IMG/VR virus record: IMGVR_UViG_3300033753_000202
Source: an uncultured virus (IMG/VR IMGVR_UViG_3300033753_000202)
Lineage: Duplodnaviria; Heunggongvirae; Uroviricota; Caudoviricetes
DNA length: 64,000 nucleotides
Reading direction: 5' to 3' (one strand)
Shown here: piece after piece, positions 38,007 through 46,535 of the stretch
Numbering within the stretch: the first letter of the stretch is position 1
Layout: every line of letters begins with the position of its first letter
Program-made: the position numbers and the translations under genes
Notes under the pieces: model-generated
Told to the model about the DNA's origin: nothing
What the model saw: only the letters and a program-made list of their open reading frames with translations
Databases searched by the model: none

Positions 38007-38424
38007 CGTGGTGGCGTTTGTTATAGTCGTGGCGTTTATCGCTTATGACTTGATTGTCGGCTCACCCTACCGAGCGGAATTAAATAGGACGAAGCATGAG
38101 TTGACTGCTTATTTCACGGCAAAGTCGTTGGTTTTGGAGTTACCCGACATCTTATATTTTAGTTCGGAAGAAGACTTCCAGTCTAAGCGACAGCGTTACT
38201 TCTCTCGCATGACATCGGACTTTTGGTTGAACTACTTTTCTTCCTATCAGGAAGGAACTTACTATCCACTGGCGGTCAAACGTATTGTTGGTCAACCTTC
38301 TCCTTCCGGGGATTTCGTCTTTAAGGCGGATTTGGTTCAGCGTACCCCAACCGGGGATCGCCAGTTTACAACCTTGATCATCTTTGAAGAAGGACGCATA
38401 GCAAATTTATACAAGGTGTTCTAG
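37972..38424 (+). CDS. Single-pass membrane protein
   Basis: RBS AAGGAGG then TTG 37972; N-terminal TM; helix-then-beta-meander C-terminus. Confidence 0.7.
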   Translation: MLTWRRLFTLSSVVAFVIVVAFIAYDLIVGSPYRAELNRTKHELTAYFTAKSLVLELPDILYFSSEEDFQSKRQRYFSRMTSDFWLNYFSSYQEGTYYPLAVKRIVGQPSPSGDFVFKADLVQRTPTGDRQFTTLIIFEEGRIANLYKVF

Positions 38425-38442
38425 GTTTCTAGAACACCTTTT
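38413..38442 (+). terminator. Stem-loop overlapping a stop codon
   Basis: AAGGTGTTCTAG-GTTT-CTAGAACACCTT followed by TT. Confidence 0.6.
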
Positions 38443-38454
38443 CTATTAGGAGGT

Positions 38455-38901
38455 ATGAACGTGAGACGTTTACTGTTTGTTCTTGTACTCGGGGCGCTCC
38501 CTCTACTACTCTCGGCTTGTGGGGCATCTTCGGAAACTCTTGCGCGTGAGATTGAGGAATATAATGGAGTTGTGGAAAGTACATTAGATTCCTACCTCTC
38601 TGCTAAGAGATTAGCTGAGAAAAATCGTGATGTTTTGATTGACTTCGTTACTACTGGAGAGAACTCTGGAAATTTAACTATCCCAGAAGGGTTCTCTTTT
38701 TCGGAAGAAGTGCGAAATATTTTGGGGACTCTCCCCTACGACACTCCGGCGTATGAAGCCTTTTTCACGGCATTCGGGTATAATGGGGTTCGTCATTTTA
38801 TGCTGTTTAGTGCGGCGGACTTCAGATATCGTGTAGAGGCTATTTGGACACCTCAAGGTTTAGAAAAGATCGAAGTGGGGGTATTACGCGATGGTCGATA
38901 A
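38455..38901 (+). CDS. Lipoprotein
   Basis: RBS AGGAGG; lipobox LSAC. Confidence 0.8.
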   Translation: MNVRRLLFVLVLGALPLLLSACGASSETLAREIEEYNGVVESTLDSYLSAKRLAEKNRDVLIDFVTTGENSGNLTIPEGFSFSEEVRNILGTLPYDTPAYEAFFTAFGYNGVRHFMLFSAADFRYRVEAIWTPQGLEKIEVGVLRDGR

Positions 38902-39403
38902 ATCTTCGGTTGTTGAAGATAGAAACATTTCTATGCAACCTAAGAAACGATGGAAGAAGATCTTGTATTGGGTTGTGTTTTCAGTGTCGTTTGTGATCAT
39001 GGTGTGGGTGGTGGTTATGGGGGTATGGGAGAATAAGCAAATCGCTTATGTTAACTCCACCATGAATCCGCACTTTTTGTTGTATGAGGATCACAAGCAG
39101 ACGGTGATTACGGAGGTACGTAACTTTTTCTTGGTTTCGGATGCAACATCGTATCAATCTTCTAAGTCAAGTCCAAAATTGTCGGAAAACGTTGTAAGCT
39201 CGTTATATGGTAAGTCATATGATCCCTATCGTTTCATTGGGGCTTCTAAGGTTTCGTTTGTCGAGGTGCAGTATCAGCTTGGTGATCCGCTGTTTACGGA
39301 CTACTATGTCCTTTTGAATTTTGAGAAGGGTGGGCAAACCTATACTGCACGGGTGTTGGTGACAGTTATCAACGGTATTATTGAAGACTTTAGGTTTGTT
39401 TGA
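38891..39403 (+). CDS. Single-pass membrane protein
   Basis: KKRWKK + TM; C-terminal beta-rich segment ending VINGIIEDF, similar to neighbouring genes. Confidence 0.75.
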   Translation: MVDKSSVVEDRNISMQPKKRWKKILYWVVFSVSFVIMVWVVVMGVWENKQIAYVNSTMNPHFLLYEDHKQTVITEVRNFFLVSDATSYQSSKSSPKLSENVVSSLYGKSYDPYRFIGASKVSFVEVQYQLGDPLFTDYYVLLNFEKGGQTYTARVLVTVINGIIEDFRFV

Positions 39404-39415
39404 GGAGGATAAGGG

Positions 39416-40444
39416 ATGGAACCTACTCGCGAGAATACCTCTCATATTGAAATACCCTTGACTTTTGACTCGAAGCGGCGTGGAAAGCCTAGTACAGCTT
39501 CTAAGGTATTTCTTGGGATTGGGCTTACGTTGGTTTGGGGTTTTCTTATGTTTCTTACGCTTGCCGCGTCCACGCTTGGGCAAACTCTGCTTTGGATGGT
39601 GGTAGTGACTATCGCGTACATTTACGTCATGCGTTTTCTTCTTTTCCGGGAGCATTATTATCGGGAGAAGCGGGCGGCGTTGGAAGAGTCGAACTATATG
39701 TTCGGAACAAATTTGTTGTGGTCGATTGTGGAGGTATCGAACACCTTTCCGTATGTGGTAACGTTCCGTAACGGTTATCGTGGGGTCTTCATCGCTCTCG
39801 ATAAGGGGGTAATCGTCGGTAAGGAAGACGATTATGTTTTTGACCATCATCAGGCTATAGCGGATGTTTATAAGGAATTGGCGAAGGCAGAAATTGAGTT
39901 TACGCATATTGATTACATGGACAGCATCGGAAAAGATTCTCGTTTGAATAACCTTTTTAGCGCCGCCGCTTCGATTGATGGGAAGAATCTTCGTTACCTC
40001 ATCACTATGAAGTACGATTATCTGGAGAAAGCGATGCAACGGGCATTTTCTACTTACGATGTGTACTGTTTGTATTGGCGGAAGGACGATTATGACGCTC
40101 TTTTGGATATCCGTGAAGCGGTGTCTGGTTTTAAGCGGGCGAACTTTGCGCGTATTCGGTACCTTAACAAGTATATGATTGGTCAACTAGTGCAAACGGT
40201 GTTTAACTTGGAGTCCTTCTCACCCAATAATGCTATTGAGAATGTACTTAATAGTCGCGAGTTGAGCGCACCGCTCACAGTAATTTGGGGAGAAAAGGAC
40301 GGAGTTAAGACCGTCTTTAACCTTACTTCTGAAGAGAAGAGAGCCAATATGCGTGTATCTGCTGGGGAGCGGAAGCTCAAACGGAAGCGCACTTGGTTTA
40401 AGCGTAAAAATGAGCAACCGGACGAGGAGATTTCGTTGGATTAA
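39416..40444 (+). CDS. Two-TM protein with cytoplasmic domain (VirB3/TcpE/PrgI-like candidate)
   Basis: RBS GAGGAGG; two N-terminal TMs; upstream of the VirB4-like ATPase. Family assignment is contextual. Confidence 0.6.
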   Translation: MEPTRENTSHIEIPLTFDSKRRGKPSTASKVFLGIGLTLVWGFLMFLTLAASTLGQTLLWMVVVTIAYIYVMRFLLFREHYYREKRAALEESNYMFGTNLLWSIVEVSNTFPYVVTFRNGYRGVFIALDKGVIVGKEDDYVFDHHQAIADVYKELAKAEIEFTHIDYMDSIGKDSRLNNLFSAAASIDGKNLRYLITMKYDYLEKAMQRAFSTYDVYCLYWRKDDYDALLDIREAVSGFKRANFARIRYLNKYMIGQLVQTVFNLESFSPNNAIENVLNSRELSAPLTVIWGEKDGVKTVFNLTSEEKRANMRVSAGERKLKRKRTWFKRKNEQPDEEISLD

Positions 40445-40459
40445 CGAGGGGGTATTCAT

Positions 40460-42805
40460 ATGAAGCTCGGTATTATCGGTAAGAAAGCACGGGCGGATCA
40501 GTTGAAGCAACTCATTCTTGGTCGCTTTGACAATATTCAGATCACCACTTATAATTCCGTGCAGGACTTTATGCGGGAGACGCAAGTTCGTCGTATTGAT
40601 CATGATCGGTTGTTGATTCTGCAAAATGCCTTTGATTTCGAGAATCTCTCGGAGCATGTGAAACCCGAGGAAGTTTTGTCGTCGTTCAATACTTATCTTT
40701 ACGAACGCTTTTTTGGTTGTCGCGTGATCTTCATTACTACTGGGGAAACGGTTTATCGTCTGTTTAATCGAATCTTTTCTTCTATCTACACAGCGGTTGT
40801 TCTCTGTGAGAAGGTTAAGCCCTCCTTTATCTTCACGGTGGTTGAGTGGGATATTGACCGTATTAAAAAGACATATTGTGAAGATGCATTGAGTCCTGCT
40901 GGTGATGGGGAAGACCTTATCAATGAGACTATCGAGTCCAAGCCCAAGTCTACTTCTCAACCAAAGAAACCTGTACCCACGGAAAAGAAGAAGGATAAGG
41001 GCGGCTTGTTTGGTTTGTTCGGTAGGGGTAAGAAAAAGAAGGGACAGGAAGCGGAATCTCCCGCCACGGAAGAAGAGGTTCCCGCGTCTGAGCCTGTGCC
41101 GGAATCCTTTGAGGGGTATTTCGACAATCCAGACTCCTTACCTGAAGAGGAAACTCCGGTTTCGCTTCCCGGTTTTTCTTTTGAATCGGGTAACGATGTT
41201 GGTTTGGGGGTAAGGCTTCCAGAGGATGAATCTTCAGACGCTTGGGACACTGAGGTTCAGTCTGGTGATGAGTCTGCGTTTCCGTCCGAAACATCGGAGG
41301 TTTCTTCTTTCGGAGAGCCTATGGCAGACGATGACTTCCCGCCGGAAGATGTCTGGGACACTCCTTCGGGTAGTGAGGAGTTGTTTCCTTCGTCGGGAGA
41401 TCAGTCTTCTTTGGAGGGGTGGGGATCGCCATCTGATGAAGGTGTTTTCCCTTCGAGTGGGAAGGATAGTTCTCTTGAAGGTTCGTCTGGGGATGAGGGT
41501 CATTCTGTCAATGGTGATGACTCTTGGATGGATTTCACGGTTCGTGGTGGGGGTATTTCATGGGGAGGTGCTGGTGATGAGGGTTCTTCATCACTCGGTG
41601 ACACTTCTACTCCTTCGGTAGAGTCGGAATCATCCGATGGCGTTTTTGCGGATGCAGAAGGGGACGAGGACAATTGGGGTTTGGATACAGAAGAGATCGA
41701 TTCGTCCTCTGAGTCGATTACTGCTTTTGAGTCTGAGTCGGAGTCTCCTTCTTCATCTGAATTTGAAACTCCATCTGCTTCGACTACCATTCAGTACCCG
41801 GAAGAGTCAGATACACCAAGACTGAGTGAAGATACCTCTTGGCAAGATAAAACACGTCGTTTGACCGAGTTGGGGGAAAAACTTAAACAAGAAAATGTTC
41901 CACCCATTCCTGACTCTGTTCCGCAAGTATTTGCCCCGAAAATTATCACGCCTTCGGTCGAAGTGGTGTCTGAGGAAGAGAACTTGGACTTGCCGGATGC
42001 CGCGAAACTGGCAGAAGAGTTGGAGCGGGAGCAAGCAGAACGGAATAAAGTCGTTGTTGAGCGTGTTATTGTCAAGGAAGTGGGTAGTGGACGTCGTGGG
42101 GGTAGCAGTAATGCTCCTGAACTCATCATTGTTACTGGGGATCGACGCTCGGGGGTAACGACAACTGCTTTTAACCTTGCGGCGGCGGCTGGTCGGCGTA
42201 AGAAGACACTTTTCGTGGACTTTGATTTGAAGCGGAAGGGTTCTCTTATTTTCGGAGTTCTCGATCATTTGCTTCAAGAAGAGGAAAATGTTCAGAGAGG
42301 TCTTCTCAGCCTTAAATCTGCCGCTATGTTAGACAACGTTTCCCTTCCTTTCTTTGAAGGGGGTTTCGATTGTATCGCAAATCTGTATGACACGGAGTTT
42401 GATGATGACCATTTGCAACTTCTGCAAGACGTCTTCATCGCTCAGCGTTTGTATCGCACTGTTGTTTTTGATTGTCCTGCTGAGAATCTGAAATATTTCC
42501 CGGATCTGGTTCAGTACGCTTCTGTGGTCTTTTGTTTGGAGGATGATTTGGGGAGTGCGTTGAACTCGTTTATTACTTTAGATACTGCGTTCCCGGACAA
42601 TCGGCATAAGGTTAGACTGTTTAGTAATCTGCATTATTTCCTCGCTAAAGGCGGAAACCCGGAAATGCATTATCGGAACATGGCGTATATCGCTGATCTG
42701 TTTGATCTCAGTGAAAAGGAGATCGATTGGAGTAAGGTTCCTCTGATCGTTCCGTCCGTGGGTGGGGTGAATATGTACGTTGAGGTTTTGAGCAACATCA
42801 GTTAA
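40460..42805 (+). CDS. MinD/CpaE-like P-loop protein with long acidic linker
   Basis: Receiver-like alpha/beta N-terminus; about 300-aa S/E/D linker; IIVTGDRRSGVTTTAFNLA, TLFVDFD and TVVFDCP; Walker A lysine absent. Confidence 0.7.
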   Translation: MKLGIIGKKARADQLKQLILGRFDNIQITTYNSVQDFMRETQVRRIDHDRLLILQNAFDFENLSEHVKPEEVLSSFNTYLYERFFGCRVIFITTGETVYRLFNRIFSSIYTAVVLCEKVKPSFIFTVVEWDIDRIKKTYCEDALSPAGDGEDLINETIESKPKSTSQPKKPVPTEKKKDKGGLFGLFGRGKKKKGQEAESPATEEEVPASEPVPESFEGYFDNPDSLPEEETPVSLPGFSFESGNDVGLGVRLPEDESSDAWDTEVQSGDESAFPSETSEVSSFGEPMADDDFPPEDVWDTPSGSEELFPSSGDQSSLEGWGSPSDEGVFPSSGKDSSLEGSSGDEGHSVNGDDSWMDFTVRGGGISWGGAGDEGSSSLGDTSTPSVESESSDGVFADAEGDEDNWGLDTEEIDSSSESITAFESESESPSSSEFETPSASTTIQYPEESDTPRLSEDTSWQDKTRRLTELGEKLKQENVPPIPDSVPQVFAPKIITPSVEVVSEEENLDLPDAAKLAEELEREQAERNKVVVERVIVKEVGSGRRGGSSNAPELIIVTGDRRSGVTTTAFNLAAAAGRRKKTLFVDFDLKRKGSLIFGVLDHLLQEEENVQRGLLSLKSAAMLDNVSLPFFEGGFDCIANLYDTEFDDDHLQLLQDVFIAQRLYRTVVFDCPAENLKYFPDLVQYASVVFCLEDDLGSALNSFITLDTAFPDNRHKVRLFSNLHYFLAKGGNPEMHYRNMAYIADLFDLSEKEIDWSKVPLIVPSVGGVNMYVEVLSNIS

Positions 42806-42818
42806 GGGTGGCGATAAA

Positions 42819-44312
42819 ATGGTGCATCTCGTCAGTGCGACGGTAACCCTTGAGGGGGTAAACTGTGTTAAATCTCTGACAGAACTGCCAGAGGATATCG
42901 AGTCTATCGATTGTTTGGTATATCACTCGTCTGTTGATTCGGACGTTAACATAGCGATGTATTTGAGTGGGCTTAAAGGTAAGGGTTTGAAGATTCTGTA
43001 TATCAACAAGGTCTTTGAACCCTTGCTTTTGGTTATCTTTTCAGCACTTTCTGCGGATTTTCATGACTATGAGGACGCTCTTTATGACAAGTCTTTGTTG
43101 GACGAACTTATCGCAGACTATGGGAACTACGGTATCCCCTTGAACAACTTTACGGAGGACATTTCGGTACTTCGCAAGTTTATCTCCACGGTTGGGGGTA
43201 ACGATTCCTCTAAACGGAATGAGCTGATCGCCCGCAAGGTTAACTTGGCTCTCGATAACATCACTGAAGCCTTGACTGTAGCTTCAAACTCCAATCAGCG
43301 GGTTGTTCATGCTTTAAGTGAAGCTAAGGTCATGCTCGATAGGTTAAAGGATCAGTACAAGCAGGTTTACAATACCCTGCTTGAAGCACAGGAAGAGGTG
43401 CAAAAGCTCGACTCCCATTATGGGGAGGAGATTTCCTCTTTGCAGTCCAGTCACTTGGAGCTTTCGCAAACCATCAAGGAATATGAAACTCAGCTCTCGG
43501 AGAAGGATAAAGAACTTGCCGAGGTCAAGGGGCAGTTGCAGGAGGCACATGATAAGCTGGCTCCTAGTGAAGAGAAACTCAGGGAATATGAGGCTAGACT
43601 TCGTGAACTGGAACTGAAGCTTCGGTTGGAGAAGGAAGCTAAGGAGGAAATGGAGAAACAGCTTCGGTTGGAGCAACAGAAGAACGTCACTAGCACCACT
43701 TTCCTCTTTCCTACGGTTATGATTCCGGTTACGACCCCGCATGTCATGTATGTTGAGGTCTTTTCACCTATCAACTACCTCAACACTTTCATGATTATGT
43801 TCCAGCGTTGGTTGAAATACGAAGCAACTAAGCGGGTCAACAGTAAACTTCTCTTTGTCTACCCGCAACTTAAAAAGTATACGGAGCGGTACAAGCATCT
43901 TCCGCTTCTCTCCAGTTCGGGGGTAGCAACGATTGAAAGTGTGCTGAAGGAGTCTGACTATTATATCACTTATGAGCCTTATAAGCGCGTTCTCGACTTG
44001 TTCTTCCAACAGCCCAACGTGAATCTGTATATTGTTGTAGACTATTTGATGGGGGATCAGCTCTTGAAAGGTTCCCGTATGACGCGTTTTGGGGTAACTC
44101 GCGGTCAGGGCATCCCGGATTCGTCTATTCCCGAGACGCATTACATTCGCTCTTTGACTGCGAAGAGTGGGGTAATTAAGGTCATGCACGTCAATGAGTG
44201 GTATCGTCCCGGAGGAGAACCTGCATCGGAAGCGGAACGAGTCAATGCGTTTATGAATAAGCATCGAAATATGTTTGAGTTGATTAGAAGTCATATTTTC
44301 GGGAGTGATTAA
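42819..44312 (+). CDS. Coiled-coil protein
   Basis: Central heptad region (LSQTIKEYETQLSEKDKEL...) flanked by alpha/beta domains. Confidence 0.75.
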   Translation: MVHLVSATVTLEGVNCVKSLTELPEDIESIDCLVYHSSVDSDVNIAMYLSGLKGKGLKILYINKVFEPLLLVIFSALSADFHDYEDALYDKSLLDELIADYGNYGIPLNNFTEDISVLRKFISTVGGNDSSKRNELIARKVNLALDNITEALTVASNSNQRVVHALSEAKVMLDRLKDQYKQVYNTLLEAQEEVQKLDSHYGEEISSLQSSHLELSQTIKEYETQLSEKDKELAEVKGQLQEAHDKLAPSEEKLREYEARLRELELKLRLEKEAKEEMEKQLRLEQQKNVTSTTFLFPTVMIPVTTPHVMYVEVFSPINYLNTFMIMFQRWLKYEATKRVNSKLLFVYPQLKKYTERYKHLPLLSSSGVATIESVLKESDYYITYEPYKRVLDLFFQQPNVNLYIVVDYLMGDQLLKGSRMTRFGVTRGQGIPDSSIPETHYIRSLTAKSGVIKVMHVNEWYRPGGEPASEAERVNAFMNKHRNMFELIRSHIFGSD

Positions 44313-44315
44313 CAC

Positions 44316-46379
44316 ATGTTGGGGCTTTGGGGTAAAGGTGGTTTCAGGAAGTATTGGAGGGAGACAATCTCCCTCTATGACGATATGTATTTTGCCGCGA
44401 AGACGAAGAACAACTCGGCGTTCGGGCGTGAGTTACCTCACGTTCCGGACAAAGTCGGGGTGGACTTCGTCGCGTCTTATGATGGGGAGAAAATGGTGTA
44501 TTACTACGTTCTTAAGTCTTTTCCCCGTCATTTGCTTGCGGACTTTAAGGAAATCATTCGTAGCTGTTGTCGACAGGGGGTACGGGTGAATTTTATCACT
44601 ACTTTTAAGCCCCACATGATCAACTGGAATTCTACGGAGATGAAGAACCGTTTGCGTGTCCTTTCTCGGGTTGATGAGGAGCGGCAGAATAAGGAAGTCA
44701 ATGCTTTTAACCTGCATAGCATTATTGGTACGATGGACAAGCAAGCTTGGATACGGGATTCCCTCTCTTATCTTTCCTTGGCGAGTGTGCGGAGAGGGCG
44801 ATCCCTTTTTCGTCTTTCTATGCTTATGATGGTGTTGGGAGATCGTGGGGAAGACCTTGATATCAGTGTTCGGAGTATTGAAAAGGTGACCTCGGACTTG
44901 GGTTTGAACATGGAGCGTGTCCTTTATGATATCCCGGATGTTATTGGGCATTTCAGCCCGTACAAACGGATGTTTACGAAGGAGTCTATGGCGATTATTC
45001 CCGAGTTGGTTATTACGGACGAGGTTGCTTCCCGTTTCAACACCTACGATCAGGGAACGCTCGGAGCGCTGGGGGTGTATGTTGGTTCGGACGTTTATTC
45101 GTTATACCCGGTATTGAAGCGTTTCAAAGCGCGGGATGACGCGGCTGAGGTTTGGCTTATTACAGCGGAAACGGGTGGCGGTAAGTCGAACTTTGTAAAG
45201 GATATTCTGCTTCAGCTTATCGCGCACGGGGTAAACGGAACGATTATGGACGTCGAAGGTCTGGAGTATGCACCTATCGCCAATTTCCTCAGTAACGACT
45301 ATAAGGTTTTGACAATTAACATGGCGGAAGGTACCGGACGTTATATCGATCCATTGGAAATTCCAGAGCCTGTTGGTTTGCCGGAGATTGATGATGCGGC
45401 GAAAACGTTCGCTACCAATTTTACATTGGCGTACTTTAGGACGTTACTTTCAGGTTTGCCGGATAACAATGGTTGGTTGGATATCGCTATTAACGATGCG
45501 GTGTCTCAGACCTATGCTGATGCAGGGGTAACGGATGACAAGTCGACTTGGTATAAGTCTAAGGGGCTTACTTTGTTTGATGTCTATCGTAAGTTCTATC
45601 AGCTTCAAGAGAGTGAGTATCGGAATAATGATGAATACTTGGACGCTTTGGAGCAAGCTATCGCGGTTTTAGATCGATATTTTTCCCCTCTCGGACTTCG
45701 GCGTTCCTTGTTCCGGGAGCGAGTAAATATTTCAGACATTATCGATGCCCGTCTGGTTGTTTGTTCGTTCGGGATGGCGGGTAAGTCAGAACAATCGGTT
45801 GACCCGGTGCAGTTGGCGCTTATGCAGTTGGGGGCGGCGCAAATCTCTCACCAACGTTCGTTGTTCTCCTATATGCAAGGGCTTTACAACTTCAAAGTCT
45901 GGGAGGAATTTCAACGTTGGGGTAATTTCCCCGGCTCTGACAAGACTATCGGGGTTGCTGTAACAGGTGGTCGTAAGTTGGGGGATATTAACTTTATTAT
46001 CACCAACAACGTGGCGGATTTGCTTAAAGCTGATCGTTTCGCTATCTTGGGGAACATTACTTCATTCCTCATTGGAGCTATTTCTGACCGAAATGTTCGG
46101 GCGGAGTTGAGTAGGCGTCTTTCTATTGAACATATGCTTGATGACTTGGACGCTATCGCTAAAGCAAAGAAACCTGACGATGCGGAGGATTATGGTACGG
46201 AGGACGATTCTGCGGAAGATCCTTTGACTTTTGCATTCCTTGCGGGTCTTGACCGGAGTAAGTATAGTGTGGTGAAGATCATGAATCCACCAGAAATTCG
46301 ATCCTCCAAACTGTATAAGACGGGGGTAAGTACACCGAAGTCGAAGGACGACCCTGTTTCACAGGGGGAGGGGGATTGA
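44316..46379 (+). CDS. VirB4-like (HerA/FtsK superfamily) ATPase
   Basis: Walker A AETGGGKS, IMDVEGLEY, YIDPL, LTLFDVY, Walker B-like KVWEEFQ, GGRKLG; spacing matches VirB4/TraE C-terminal domains. Confidence 0.75.
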   Translation: MLGLWGKGGFRKYWRETISLYDDMYFAAKTKNNSAFGRELPHVPDKVGVDFVASYDGEKMVYYYVLKSFPRHLLADFKEIIRSCCRQGVRVNFITTFKPHMINWNSTEMKNRLRVLSRVDEERQNKEVNAFNLHSIIGTMDKQAWIRDSLSYLSLASVRRGRSLFRLSMLMMVLGDRGEDLDISVRSIEKVTSDLGLNMERVLYDIPDVIGHFSPYKRMFTKESMAIIPELVITDEVASRFNTYDQGTLGALGVYVGSDVYSLYPVLKRFKARDDAAEVWLITAETGGGKSNFVKDILLQLIAHGVNGTIMDVEGLEYAPIANFLSNDYKVLTINMAEGTGRYIDPLEIPEPVGLPEIDDAAKTFATNFTLAYFRTLLSGLPDNNGWLDIAINDAVSQTYADAGVTDDKSTWYKSKGLTLFDVYRKFYQLQESEYRNNDEYLDALEQAIAVLDRYFSPLGLRRSLFRERVNISDIIDARLVVCSFGMAGKSEQSVDPVQLALMQLGAAQISHQRSLFSYMQGLYNFKVWEEFQRWGNFPGSDKTIGVAVTGGRKLGDINFIITNNVADLLKADRFAILGNITSFLIGAISDRNVRAELSRRLSIEHMLDDLDAIAKAKKPDDAEDYGTEDDSAEDPLTFAFLAGLDRSKYSVVKIMNPPEIRSSKLYKTGVSTPKSKDDPVSQGEGD

Positions 46380-46382
46380 TTT

Positions 46383-46520
46383 ATGGTCTTGTTCTTCATC
46401 TTGATGTTCACTTTACTGTCGTATGTGGTGGCATCTCCGATTAAGGAGGAGACGAAGACGTCTTTTTATATCACCTTTTTCGTTCTGTGTGTTTTGATTG
46501 TGCTATTCTCGTTTCTCTAG
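46383..46520 (+). CDS. 45-aa two-TM small membrane protein (absent from the ORF track)
   Basis: GGGGGAGGGGG RBS; MVLFFILMFTLLSYVVASPIKEETKTSFYITFFVLCVLIVLFSFL*; fills the gap between the two ATPase genes. Confidence 0.7.
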   Translation: MVLFFILMFTLLSYVVASPIKEETKTSFYITFFVLCVLIVLFSFL

Positions 46521-46535
46521 GAAGGAGGGTTCTAA

